A stretch of DNA of 43,620 bases from a virus (IMGVR_UViG_3300045988_007060:1-43620), one strand, 5' to 3'; counted from the first letter of the stretch, positions 7,884-17,163 are shown. Program-made: numbers and translations. The notes: generated from the sequence alone by a model not told the origin.

Positions 7884-10800
7884 ATGGCTAATTTATTGTA
7901 TCTTGATACCGAAACATTCTCTGAAGCTGACCTAAAGAAAGTAGGGTCATACGCATACGCGGAACACGCAACAACTGAGATTATAATATGTACATACGCC
8001 GTTGATGATGGGCCTGTAGAAGTATGGGATTGCACTTCCGAACCAGTAATGCCAATAAGCCTACGCGTTGCGCTACGTAATGTTATGCGCGGGCGTATGA
8101 GAATTGTAGGCCATAACTTTTTAATGTTCGACAGGCTAGTTATGAAGCACTGCTGGGGTGTGGATATCAAACCGAGAAATACCATCGACACTATGATTCG
8201 AGCGTTTCGTCACGCGCTGCCTGGGTCACTTGATGCGCTGTGCGAAGTGCTGGGCGTATCGGCGGACAATGCAAAAGACAAACGCGGCAAGGCGCTGATT
8301 CAGCGTTTCTCTAAACCGACGCCGAAGAACTACAAAATCCGTCGATACACCGCAGAAACACACCCTGACGAGTGGGCGCTGTTCATCAAGTACGCCGTGA
8401 GCGACATCACCGCGATGCGTGAAGTCTTCCATAAACTGCCGCGTTGGGGTAACTCCGAGTTCGAGGACCGTGTACTGGAGCTGGACCAGTTAATCAATGA
8501 CCGCGGGTTTAAGGTTGACGTCGCACTGGCGGAAGCCGCGATTGAAGCCGTGGAGAAGCACAAGGCACAGTTACAGGAAGAAGCCCAACGAAAATACGGC
8601 GGCTCGCTTACTGGTAAAGACTTCCTTCCGATTCTGCGTGAACTCGCACCCGCGCACCGCATCCATAACGCACAGAAGTCGACACTGAATGACCTGCTGG
8701 CAGACGATGATTTACCCGACGATGCTCGCATGATTATAGAAATGCGCCTCGGGGCCGCGTCCACCGCATCAACGAAATATAACCCACTGCTGTTGGGCCG
8801 CTCTTCTGACGACCGACGCCGCGGTTGCTTGCAGTACGGCGGGGCAAAACGCACTCTGCGATGGGCGGGTAAAGGCTTCCAACCGCAGAACCTCGCGCGC
8901 GGGTACTATCACGATGATGAACTGGATAAAGGCATTTCAGCGTTACTTAAGGGCCGCGCGCACCGCCGTTTTGATGTCGCTAAATTAACGGCATCGACGG
9001 TGCGTAGCTGCATCATACCGGAAGCAGGACATAAGTTTGTTGTTGCCGATTATTCTAACGTTGAGGGCCGAGGGCTTGCGTGGCTTGCAGGCGAAGAAAC
9101 CGCGCTAGATACGTTCCGCGCCGGGCTGGATATTTATTGCGTAACCGCAGGTAAGATGTTTGGCATGGACCCAGACGACATTAAGAAAGAACGTAAAGAC
9201 TTGCGCCAGATTGGTAAAGCGTGCCTTCACCGTCATACCCAAGTTTTGACCGATGGCGGATTTAAGGATATTATGGCGGTTACATCAACAGATAAAGTAT
9301 GGAGCGGTGAAAAATGGGTGAATACAAAAGGCGCGCACCTTATGGGGTGGAAACCGGTAATAAATGTGGACGGGGTGCTAATGACCGAAGACCACAAAAT
9401 CTTGGCGCATTCCTGGAAGCAGGCAAAGCAACTCGCTTCAAACAGATATATGATGGGCCTCGCCCTGGAGAGAGGTATGGACGCTTGGTTATCCTGCGCG
9501 AGTTACCAAAACGACAAGGCCAAAGACAACTACTCGTCCAATGTGATTGCGGGGGGATGCCGGGGCGGGTCTATTATGACAACGTCAGAGCGGGTAAAAC
9601 CACTCAATGCAACCGCTGCGCCCTTGAAGCAACAAAAAAATATCGTAAACAGTATTTCTGCTACGAAGACGCAATGCCGGATGATGCGCACAGAACGCGA
9701 TTACTCAACCGGCTGTCCGCGGCTATCACGCGAACAACAAGCCCCAGGGATAAGGGTTATAAAAACTATGGGGCAAGAGGCATCACGGTATTCGACCAGT
9801 GGAGGACTGATAAAAGGTCTTTTCTTAGATATGTTCAAACTCTGGAAAGCTGGGATGACCCGAACCTCGAAATGGATAGAATCGACACAGACGGTAACTA
9901 CGAACCTGGAAACATTCGGTTTGTCAGCCGTTCTGAAAACTGCCGAAACAGACGGCAAATACCCGAGCTTCAACGAAAGTATGATGCAGCCGTTGCCCGC
10001 ATTGCTGAACTTGAGCGGGAAATTAACCTACTGCGAGCCGGTGTACGACCTGATTGATGTGGAAGACGGCAACCGTTTTCTTATAGCCTCAGACTCTGGC
10101 TTTCTTGTGGCGCATAACTGCGAGCTTGGCCTCGGCTACGAGGGAGGCGTCGGAGCGTTCGTTACGTTCGCTAAAAACTTAGGTCTTGACCTTATTGAGA
10201 TGGCAAAAACAATGGACGGTACATTCCCGGGCCACATATGGGCCGCTACCGCACGCGGGTACGAGTGGGCACGCATCCAGGAAGCAAAGCGGCCACCGCA
10301 TCCAGGTGAAAAGGACGACAGACCATCGTATATTCTGGACAAGAAAGTGTGGCGCACATGTGACGCGATCAAGCGTATGTGGCGCGAGTCACACCCGGAA
10401 ACAGTAGCGTTCTGGCGGGACCTTAAAGACGGAATTTTAGCCGCTGTGCGCAATCCTGGTCGTGAATTTTGGGCGGGAGCACACTTGCGCAAGAATGGCG
10501 AGCGCGCTATCCGAATCTGGAGAACAGTAGAAACCGATTCATCAGGTAGGAAGGTTCCCGGTTGGTGGTTGTGTATGGAGTTGCCGTCAGGCCGTATCCT
10601 CTCGTATCCGGGGATCGGCGTTAGCGTGACAAAAGAAACAGACGAAGACGGACGGGTAAACACGAATGTGCGAATCAAGTACCAAGGTGAAAACCAGTTA
10701 ACCCGCCAATGGACTACCCTGTACACCCACGGCGGCAAAGCCTGTGAAAACATTGTTCAGGCGTTGTGCCGTGATTTACTAGCATATGCGATGATTAATG

Positions 10801-10979
10801 TTGAGGGTGGCGGGTATCCCATCGTGCTTTCGGTACACGATGAACTGGTGTGTGAAACTCCAGATACGCCTGATTACACGGTGGCTGAACTGGAAAAATT
10901 AATGTGTTCGCTGCCTGAGTGGGCTGAGGGGTTCCCGCTTGTAGCGGAAGGTGCGGAGATGAAACGTTATGCTAAGTAA
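7884..10979 (+). CDS. family-A DNA polymerase with 3'-5' exonuclease domain, interrupted by an intein
   Basis: Exo motif LYLDTETFS; motif A VVADYSNVEGRGLAWL; motif B split as RQIGKA / intein / CELGLGYEGG; motif C LSVHDELVCE. Confidence 0.9.
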   Translation: MANLLYLDTETFSEADLKKVGSYAYAEHATTEIIICTYAVDDGPVEVWDCTSEPVMPISLRVALRNVMRGRMRIVGHNFLMFDRLVMKHCWGVDIKPRNTIDTMIRAFRHALPGSLDALCEVLGVSADNAKDKRGKALIQRFSKPTPKNYKIRRYTAETHPDEWALFIKYAVSDITAMREVFHKLPRWGNSEFEDRVLELDQLINDRGFKVDVALAEAAIEAVEKHKAQLQEEAQRKYGGSLTGKDFLPILRELAPAHRIHNAQKSTLNDLLADDDLPDDARMIIEMRLGAASTASTKYNPLLLGRSSDDRRRGCLQYGGAKRTLRWAGKGFQPQNLARGYYHDDELDKGISALLKGRAHRRFDVAKLTASTVRSCIIPEAGHKFVVADYSNVEGRGLAWLAGEETALDTFRAGLDIYCVTAGKMFGMDPDDIKKERKDLRQIGKACLHRHTQVLTDGGFKDIMAVTSTDKVWSGEKWVNTKGAHLMGWKPVINVDGVLMTEDHKILAHSWKQAKQLASNRYMMGLALERGMDAWLSCASYQNDKAKDNYSSNVIAGGCRGGSIMTTSERVKPLNATAAPLKQQKNIVNSISATKTQCRMMRTERDYSTGCPRLSREQQAPGIRVIKTMGQEASRYSTSGGLIKGLFLDMFKLWKAGMTRTSKWIESTQTVTTNLETFGLSAVLKTAETDGKYPSFNESMMQPLPALLNLSGKLTYCEPVYDLIDVEDGNRFLIASDSGFLVAHNCELGLGYEGGVGAFVTFAKNLGLDLIEMAKTMDGTFPGHIWAATARGYEWARIQEAKRPPHPGEKDDRPSYILDKKVWRTCDAIKRMWRESHPETVAFWRDLKDGILAAVRNPGREFWAGAHLRKNGERAIRIWRTVETDSSGRKVPGWWLCMELPSGRILSYPGIGVSVTKETDEDGRVNTNVRIKYQGENQLTRQWTTLYTHGGKACENIVQALCRDLLAYAMINVEGGGYPIVLSVHDELVCETPDTPDYTVAELEKLMCSLPEWAEGFPLVAEGAEMKRYAK
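9222..10118 (+). mobile_element. intein in PolA motif B (299 codons in polymerase frame)
   Basis: Begins CLHRHTQVLTDGG, TxxH block GVLMTEDHKIL, ends VYDLIDVEDGNRFLIASDSGFLVAHN then Cys+1; central part in this frame looks like off-frame sequence. Confidence 0.8.
9314..10057 (+). CDS. HNH homing endonuclease encoded in the -1 frame inside the intein
   Basis: GERYGRLVIL, CDCG..CNRC, DRIDTDGNYEPGNIRFVSRSENCRN; GGAG 9 nt before ATG 9314; true start could be further downstream. Confidence 0.7.
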   Translation: MGEYKRRAPYGVETGNKCGRGANDRRPQNLGAFLEAGKATRFKQIYDGPRPGERYGRLVILRELPKRQGQRQLLVQCDCGGMPGRVYYDNVRAGKTTQCNRCALEATKKYRKQYFCYEDAMPDDAHRTRLLNRLSAAITRTTSPRDKGYKNYGARGITVFDQWRTDKRSFLRYVQTLESWDDPNLEMDRIDTDGNYEPGNIRFVSRSENCRNRRQIPELQRKYDAAVARIAELEREINLLRAGVRPD

Positions 10980-11100
10980 ACTGATTATCGTATTACTGGC
11001 GGGATTCGCCGCCGGTGTCTACTGTCACGAGGGTCAATACGGCATGATTGTCACCGTATTGGGTATGTTCATCGCAATTTATCTGTGGGTGCTGGAATGA
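10969..11100 (+). CDS. small membrane protein (43 aa)
   Basis: GGAG RBS; hydrophobic; first of three translationally coupled mini-ORFs. Confidence 0.35.
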   Translation: MLSKLIIVLLAGFAAGVYCHEGQYGMIVTVLGMFIAIYLWVLE

Positions 11101-11186
11101 AAATTTACGGGTTATACGAAGAAGACTGTCGAATCTGCCCGCGCTGCGGGATTGAGCATACAAAACGAGAGGGGTGCGTATTATGA
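11097..11186 (+). CDS. small Cys-rich protein (29 aa, zinc-ribbon-like)
   Basis: ATGA overlaps on both sides; DCRICPRCG...EGC. Confidence 0.3.
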   Translation: MKIYGLYEEDCRICPRCGIEHTKREGCVL

Positions 11187-11335
11187 CAATGTTTGTATTT
11201 TGGACGATAGTAACCATGCTCGCACTGTTACTCGGTGCGGGAATAGCTGCGATGTTCTGTTATGGCCTGTTCTTTAAGTTTGTCGGTGTTGCCGTTCTAG
11301 GCGGGGCGTTTATAACTTGGGTTCTGCGCTCATGA
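11183..11335 (+). CDS. small membrane protein (50 aa)
   Basis: ATGA overlaps; two hydrophobic segments. Confidence 0.35.
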   Translation: MTMFVFWTIVTMLALLLGAGIAAMFCYGLFFKFVGVAVLGGAFITWVLRS

Positions 11336-11616
11336 CCCCGGAGGGCAAGATTCAGAAATACGCAAAAGAACGATTCGAGGCCCTCGGTGGCCTCGTTCGT
11401 AAACTTTCCTACGAGGGGCGCTCCGGCGCTCCCGACCTGCTGGTAATTCTCCCCGGCGGCATCATCTGGTTCGTCGAGGTTAAGAAAGACGAAAACACGA
11501 AGCCAGACCCACACCAGTTACGCGAGCATGCGCGGATGTGTAAACGTGGTGCAAATGTTTTTGTCGTTGGCTCGTTCAAACAGGTTGACGACCTAATAGC
11601 GAACTATTATAGTTAA
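11332..11616 (+). CDS. VRR-NUC domain nuclease
   Basis: SGAPDLLVILPGGIIWFVEVKKD...GANVFVV resembles the VRR-NUC core. Confidence 0.7.
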   Translation: MTPEGKIQKYAKERFEALGGLVRKLSYEGRSGAPDLLVILPGGIIWFVEVKKDENTKPDPHQLREHARMCKRGANVFVVGSFKQVDDLIANYYS

Positions 11617-11646
11617 TCACACACCAACAATATAAGGAATTGAGAA

Positions 11647-11838
11647 ATGAAACACGAATATGACCGCAAACCAGCACGTGACATCGTACCGGGCGACATG
11701 ATTTTCAACGTTAAGACCCGTCGGCCTGTTGCCGTCGATACTGTGTTCGTCGAGTCGAACGGTAAACTGGTTATCGAAGATGTAACGGGTAACGTTACGG
11801 CGTTCGGGCGTAAAGAGCTTGTGCTGGTGCTGAAATGA
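11647..11838 (+). CDS. hypothetical protein
   Basis: AAGGAA RBS; stop overlaps next start. Confidence 0.5.
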   Translation: MKHEYDRKPARDIVPGDMIFNVKTRRPVAVDTVFVESNGKLVIEDVTGNVTAFGRKELVLVLK

Positions 11839-12518
11839 TTGTCTGGTCATTGTTTGACGGTTCGGGCATTATGGCCCAACCGTGGGCGGAAGCGGGCCAT
11901 ACTTGCTATTGTTTCAACTACGACGGCGCCGACCACGGAGACTACGCTCGATTGGGTGCAAAAGTTGAACATGAAAATATCCACTATATAAACGCGTGGA
12001 TTGATAATAAATTCGACTTCGACGTTGCGCCGGATATTATTTTCGCGTTCCCCCCATGCACAGATTTAGCCGTTAGCGGCGCGGCCCATTTCGAAACGAA
12101 GCGGAGAAGGAACCCAACGTTTCAGGTAGAGGCCGTGATTACATGCAAAGTGGCTGCGCGTCTGGCTAAAAAGTACAACGTACCGTATATGATTGAGAAC
12201 CCGGTTAGCGTTCTTTCGTCTTTATGGCGTAAGCCTGACTACGCGTTCAATCCGTACGAATACGGCGGCTATTTACCCGAAGACGACACGCATCCAATGT
12301 TCCCGGATGTTATCCCGGCGCGAGATGCATATGTTAAAAAGACGTGCCTGTGGGCCGGAAATGGGTTTGTTATGCCTAACGTTGCCGAGGTTGCCGTGGG
12401 CAGCGGAGATAACCCTGGTTGGGCTAAACTCGGCGGAAAGAGCGCCAGAACAAAAACAATCCGCAGCCTTACTCCGCGTGGGCTCGCAAAAGCAGTTTAC
12501 GAGGCTAATCATGTCTAA
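11835..12518 (+). CDS. DNA methyltransferase-like protein (C5-MTase-like motifs, short)
   Basis: LFDGSG (motif I-like), FPPCTDLAVSG (motif IV-like PC), MIENP (motif VI-like); only 227 aa, no obvious target-recognition domain. Confidence 0.45.
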   Translation: MIVWSLFDGSGIMAQPWAEAGHTCYCFNYDGADHGDYARLGAKVEHENIHYINAWIDNKFDFDVAPDIIFAFPPCTDLAVSGAAHFETKRRRNPTFQVEAVITCKVAARLAKKYNVPYMIENPVSVLSSLWRKPDYAFNPYEYGGYLPEDDTHPMFPDVIPARDAYVKKTCLWAGNGFVMPNVAEVAVGSGDNPGWAKLGGKSARTKTIRSLTPRGLAKAVYEANHV

Positions 12519-13935
12519 GTTTCAAAGGCGCGAGTACCAAAAGCTCATGACTTCGTTTATGTTGCGGCACAATCGCTGCAACATATGGGCAAGCATGGGT
12601 GCCGGGAAGACTGGCAGCGTACTGTGGGCATTAAACCGACTGTTCCGCAACGGCCAACTTAACGATGACGACCGCGTGTTAATACTAGCTCCGCTGCGCG
12701 TTGCGTCCGGCACATGGCCAGCAGAACAAGAGAAATGGCGATTCCCATGCCTGAGTGTCGTCGATGCCACGGGTTCGGAGAAGCGCCGCATCGCGGCGCT
12801 GGAGTCATACGCTAACGTGGTGTGCACGAACTATGAAGTTATCGAATGGCTGATTGACTACTACGGCAAAGACGACTGGCCTTTTACGGTTATCGTTGCC
12901 GATGAAAGCACGAAACTTAAATCATTCCGCAGCCGTTCCGGCGGAAGCAAGCGGGCAAAGGCGCTTAGCAAAGTGGCATTCGGTAAGGTTAAGCGTTTTA
13001 TCAACCTGACAGGTACGCCATCACCAAACGGCCTGAAGGACTTGTGGGGGCAGAACTGGTTTATTGACGCTGGCGAGCGACTGGGTTCTTCATACACCGC
13101 GTTCACCGACCGCTGGTTTAATTCGGTCCAGAAGGGTAAGTCCGCTATGGCGCGAGAGTATCATGCGCGCCCGGGGGCGGATAACGAAATTCACCAGAAG
13201 ATGAAGGACATCAGTCTCACGATTGACGCTGCCGAGTGGTTCGGGTGTGAAGCGCCTGTTATCGTGCCAGTGGAAATCGACCTGCCGAAGAAAGCACGTC
13301 AGGCGTACATCGATATGGAGGAGAAGTTATTCGCGGAACTGGAGAGCGGGGAGGTTGAAGCCGCTAACGCTGCGGCGAAGACGTCGAAGTGTTTGCAGAT
13401 TGCCTCCGGTGCCGTATATGTGTCAGGGCCAGACGGCGAAGCAACCAAAGACTGGGAGAAAGTGCACGATACGAAACTTGACGCGCTTGAGTCAATTGTC
13501 GAGGAGTTACAGGGCGCGCCGCTGCTTGTGGCTTATCAGTTCAAGCACGAACTGGAACGCATCCTGAAACGTTTCCCGCAGGCACAGGCGTTTGCAAAAG
13601 GCGCTAAGGGTAATAAGCAGATGGAAGCGTGGAACCGTGGTGAAATCGAAATACTATGCGTCCACCCTGCGTCAGCCGGTCATGGTTTAAATTTACAGGA
13701 CGGCGGGCATCATCTGGCGTTCATAAGTCAGGGATGGAACCTTGAGCACTATTTGCAGGTCGTTGAGCGTATAGGTCCAGTCCGTCAGAAACAGGCAGGA
13801 CACGAGCGCCCGGTGTTCCTCTACCACATCGTCGCTAAAGACACGCTGGACGAGGTTGTTGCCGCGCGTACGGACGAGAAAAAATCGGTACAGGAAGAGT
13901 TGCTTAATTACATGAAGAGACGAGGTAAGAAATGA
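12511..13935 (+). CDS. SNF2/DEAD-like superfamily 2 helicase
   Basis: MGAGKTG Walker A, ADESTKLK DExx box, helicase-C region HPASAGHGLNLQ; start chosen at ATG 12511 (MSKFQRREYQ). Confidence 0.85.
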   Translation: MSKFQRREYQKLMTSFMLRHNRCNIWASMGAGKTGSVLWALNRLFRNGQLNDDDRVLILAPLRVASGTWPAEQEKWRFPCLSVVDATGSEKRRIAALESYANVVCTNYEVIEWLIDYYGKDDWPFTVIVADESTKLKSFRSRSGGSKRAKALSKVAFGKVKRFINLTGTPSPNGLKDLWGQNWFIDAGERLGSSYTAFTDRWFNSVQKGKSAMAREYHARPGADNEIHQKMKDISLTIDAAEWFGCEAPVIVPVEIDLPKKARQAYIDMEEKLFAELESGEVEAANAAAKTSKCLQIASGAVYVSGPDGEATKDWEKVHDTKLDALESIVEELQGAPLLVAYQFKHELERILKRFPQAQAFAKGAKGNKQMEAWNRGEIEILCVHPASAGHGLNLQDGGHHLAFISQGWNLEHYLQVVERIGPVRQKQAGHERPVFLYHIVAKDTLDEVVAARTDEKKSVQEELLNYMKRRGKK

Positions 13936-14117
13936 AACTTAATGTTGGTGATGAAATATACAGCATACGCACATTCAATACTTTCACCATCGAGTACATA
14001 TCAAAAGACGGCAACAGCTTTGTTTTGGTAAGCTCGAACGGTAAATACGAAAAGTCACGATGTTACACGCTGCCGGACATAAAGCGCAGCTTCAAGAAAA
14101 GCGAAGGTGAGAAATGA
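13932..14117 (+). CDS. hypothetical protein
   Basis: ATGA-coupled ORF. Confidence 0.45.
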   Translation: MKLNVGDEIYSIRTFNTFTIEYISKDGNSFVLVSSNGKYEKSRCYTLPDIKRSFKKSEGEK

Positions 14118-14251
14118 ACATCATAGCTCCGATTCCGGCATTGCAAAAACGTATCAAGGAACTTGAAGAGGAGGTTCTACGCCTACGGCAGCAAAGAGAC
14201 GCCGCTAATGCGCAACTGGCGTTTGTACTGGAGAAGTTATCAGAAGAGTAG
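14114..14251 (+). CDS. small coiled-coil protein (45 aa)
   Basis: ATGA-coupled; heptad-like KELEEEVLRLRQQ. Confidence 0.3.
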   Translation: MNIIAPIPALQKRIKELEEEVLRLRQQRDAANAQLAFVLEKLSEE

Positions 14252-14252
14252 A

Positions 14253-14279
14253 GAAAAGGGCCTTTCGGCCCTTTTTTTT
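14253..14279. terminator. bidirectional rho-independent terminator between convergent arms
   Basis: GAAAA-GGGCC-TTTC-GGCCC-TTTTTTTT. Confidence 0.8.
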
Positions 14280-17151
14280 ATAAACTCCACGCCGCCAGAA
14301 CAGGAGCAACCAGAGCGTCACCCCACTGCGCCCCGCCAAGCTCTCCGGGATGGACGTCATCAGGTAACGATACAGTCTGGACACCAGTATCACTGGTTGT
14401 TGTGATAGTTTCGTTCATTCCGTATTTGTAGCTCATCTGCGCCCATGCAGGCGCCACAATTATTTTCTCGCCAAGGCGATTGTCGAACTTCCTGACCTTC
14501 TCCGTTATCCATTTTGCAAAGTCAGGCCAATTCTTGGGTGCACTTGCTCCCGACCAGCCAAATGCCTGGTGAGAAATAACGAAACGGGAATCCGCTATTT
14601 TCTCACGGAATTTCGCAATCATGAACTCCTGCGCGTCGGCGGTCTGCTGCGGGGTGTAGTTATAATACAAATCATTGTATCCCAGTTGGATAACCACAAC
14701 CAGTTTGTCTGATGCGCTCACGCCAGCCGCTGCCATCCATGCCGTCACATCAAAAATGTGATACCCCTCCAGATTAGGGTTATCTGCATAGCTCTGCCCG
14801 GAGTAGGCTTTATCGAAGCAATACTGCGGATAAGCAGAGAAATCTGTGCTCGTAGCGTCACGCAGGAATGGCTGCGAGAAGTTCGTCTTCTGCGTCTTCC
14901 CGATGTAGTCGAACGTCGTCCAGCCACCACGACCGTCAAAAGGAATGCCTGCTGACGGTGTATTTGGCAGAGTGTAACCTCCCTCGTCCGTTATACCACG
15001 AGTGGTTCGGGAACCAGCACCTACGTAAGCAGCACCAGTGGCATTGATGGCGAAGTACAACCAAGGAACGCAACGTTCACCAAGTGAGTCCATAATAGTA
15101 GCGACTTTCACGTTACCGGTCTGAGTCGCCGCCAGTTTGGTGAACGCAGCTTTCTTACGAAATACATCCCCAGAACCATCAGCACGAGCATTAACGTTCA
15201 GCGTTGGTCCGTTGATTTCTGACGGCATTATCGTTGCGTCAGGCACAACATTTTTAAGTAATACTGGCTTTCCCTCATACCCATGACTGGACAGCACAAC
15301 GTCAGTATTATTTCGCCACGGGCGAGCACCACTGACCATATTGGCACCATAAAAACGCAATGGACGACCATCTACAGCATAAAAATATGCCGGGAAAATA
15401 ACGTCAGTATTCTGGTTAGTGACCTGCCCGTTTTCCAGTGCGGTAACTCTGGTGTTGAGTGAATCTGCGGACGTCATGAGTCCGTACAAAATAGCTGTGG
15501 CTGGGGTGAAAAATACCCCATCGGCAGAAACAGGAATCATCGTCACATCGGCTTGATACCCACCTGATTTTGCTGCTGAGTACACACCCCACCCAGAGAA
15601 AACCTGCCCCGAAGCTAATGCGAGGTCCACTTCATGATAATTACCGTCTGCAATGAGAGCCTTTTCATTTGCCCCCCACGCATTACCATTACGACTCTGA
15701 ATCTTCAGTGCCGCATTAGATGATGCAATTTTATACATCATCTTGACGGTTGAAACGCCAGATACTGGGGTGATTGTGTTCATCAATTGCTTATACGCGG
15801 TTCCGGCATCGGAAAGAGTATAGGTGTAAGGTGAACTGTTAACGAAAGAGTCGAAGGTAGAATCTTGTGACAAAATAGCAAGAACAGCATTGGCTGAAGC
15901 GATTGAAGAATATAGCGCGTCAATCTGTTCGGTCAGTGAGTTTTTCTGTCCGAAGTTTACCTCTGCAAATATACTCCCTGATGAAACTTCTGCTTTTGAG
16001 TAGATTTTAATCTGCTTAGTGTCTGCCGTAGCTGTCAGGATAACAGTCTGCCGTGCATCACCATTAGTCAATTGGACTTCGTCGCTGGTCCAGTTGCTAC
16101 CGTTGGCAAGTCGAGCGAATAAACGACCTGAAGTAATATCCAGCGAGTAGCTGAGCGTTACCTTCTCGCCTGAAGGAACGGAAGCGTTGGCGTACATTTC
16201 AGAGTATACGCCTGAAGCATTAGCGTAGTTCACGCGGTTGTTATTGACCTGGGAAAATGTGGAAAATGGATATCCGGTATTATTAACCCACGAATCCACA
16301 GAACCAATACGCACCTTCCCATTTAAACTGGAAATGCTATCCAGTGAGTTAAGAATTGCCGTGGTAATAGCATTTTTCTTCGATGCGTAGGCGATAATCG
16401 ATAACTGAACAGTGGTTGCAAGCCTTGTGTTCACCCCGATAGCCAGGAGCGTTGCGGTAGCTGCGGTAGCGGTAAGCTGCACTTCCTGCCAGTCATTTGA
16501 AGAGGTCAGCGTTGGCTGATTACTCACAAATGTGCCGTTCAGCGATGTTTTTAATCCAATGGTTGGGGCGCCTCCGGTTCCGCTGTATCTATAACGGACA
16601 GTGATAATGTCGCCCGCTGCAACTGTAGATAATAAAGCGGAGTAGGCCTCTCGGTACGCAATCGTATCTACTGCGGCTACGCTCATTGATACCAAGTTTT
16701 CGTTTGGCGATGAAAATGAATCAAATGAGTAAAGATTGTTATTAACCCACGAATCTACAGAACCAATGACCATTGATGCCCGTGAAGGCATTTTTCGGCC
16801 TGTGGCTGTCAAGACCCCGGCTACGTTCTGGTATTCCAGCGCCAATGCGCTGCCAGACGAATCTCTGATATACGTATAGGAATTTACTGGGATATTAGCT
16901 ATATCTGCCTGCGCGGCAGCAAGGTCCGAATATTGTTTGCTAAAAGGCACTACATTCAACGCAATATCATCAAGAACAGCTGGTAATGTTTTTTGCACCT
17001 GCCCTGTTACAGCGTTCGTTGCTTCGTCAATGTCAGCACCCCCAGCAACCCCACCGGATTTACCGGTAATGACCTCTGCCTCAAAAATCTGGTGTTTCTT
17101 GGCGGTCTGTAAATCCGCCAGGCTTAAAACGTCACCGCATCCGCTTGACAT
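14278..17151 (-). CDS. tail fiber with C-terminal SGNH/GDSL esterase domain
   Basis: AAAGAGGA RBS; C-terminal ~290 aa carry IMDSLG, LGYNDL and DDVHPGE (SGNH blocks); internal repeats GSVDSWVNN.LYSFDSFS and GSVDSWVNNTGYPFSTFS. Confidence 0.75.
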   Translation of the reverse strand: MSSGCGDVLSLADLQTAKKHQIFEAEVITGKSGGVAGGADIDEATNAVTGQVQKTLPAVLDDIALNVVPFSKQYSDLAAAQADIANIPVNSYTYIRDSSGSALALEYQNVAGVLTATGRKMPSRASMVIGSVDSWVNNNLYSFDSFSSPNENLVSMSVAAVDTIAYREAYSALLSTVAAGDIITVRYRYSGTGGAPTIGLKTSLNGTFVSNQPTLTSSNDWQEVQLTATAATATLLAIGVNTRLATTVQLSIIAYASKKNAITTAILNSLDSISSLNGKVRIGSVDSWVNNTGYPFSTFSQVNNNRVNYANASGVYSEMYANASVPSGEKVTLSYSLDITSGRLFARLANGSNWTSDEVQLTNGDARQTVILTATADTKQIKIYSKAEVSSGSIFAEVNFGQKNSLTEQIDALYSSIASANAVLAILSQDSTFDSFVNSSPYTYTLSDAGTAYKQLMNTITPVSGVSTVKMMYKIASSNAALKIQSRNGNAWGANEKALIADGNYHEVDLALASGQVFSGWGVYSAAKSGGYQADVTMIPVSADGVFFTPATAILYGLMTSADSLNTRVTALENGQVTNQNTDVIFPAYFYAVDGRPLRFYGANMVSGARPWRNNTDVVLSSHGYEGKPVLLKNVVPDATIMPSEINGPTLNVNARADGSGDVFRKKAAFTKLAATQTGNVKVATIMDSLGERCVPWLYFAINATGAAYVGAGSRTTRGITDEGGYTLPNTPSAGIPFDGRGGWTTFDYIGKTQKTNFSQPFLRDATSTDFSAYPQYCFDKAYSGQSYADNPNLEGYHIFDVTAWMAAAGVSASDKLVVVIQLGYNDLYYNYTPQQTADAQEFMIAKFREKIADSRFVISHQAFGWSGASAPKNWPDFAKWITEKVRKFDNRLGEKIIVAPAWAQMSYKYGMNETITTTSDTGVQTVSLPDDVHPGELGGAQWGDALVAPVLAAWSL

Positions 17152-17163
17152 ATAGAGTCCTCT

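Noticed and set aside
9222-10118. Polymerase insert as an ordinary in-frame HNH intein
   Set aside because: The HNH motifs are unambiguously in the -1 frame relative to the Hint blocks, so it was reported as frame-discordant, with sequencing error as the stated alternative.
10136-10753. 205-aa - strand ORF inside the DNA polymerase gene
   Set aside because: Antisense to a region with clear polymerase motifs; off-frame composition.
12193-12510. Upstream extension of the SNF2 helicase ORF
   Set aside because: It overlaps the methyltransferase-like gene in another frame; the conserved helicase N-terminus begins at ATG 12511, immediately after that gene.
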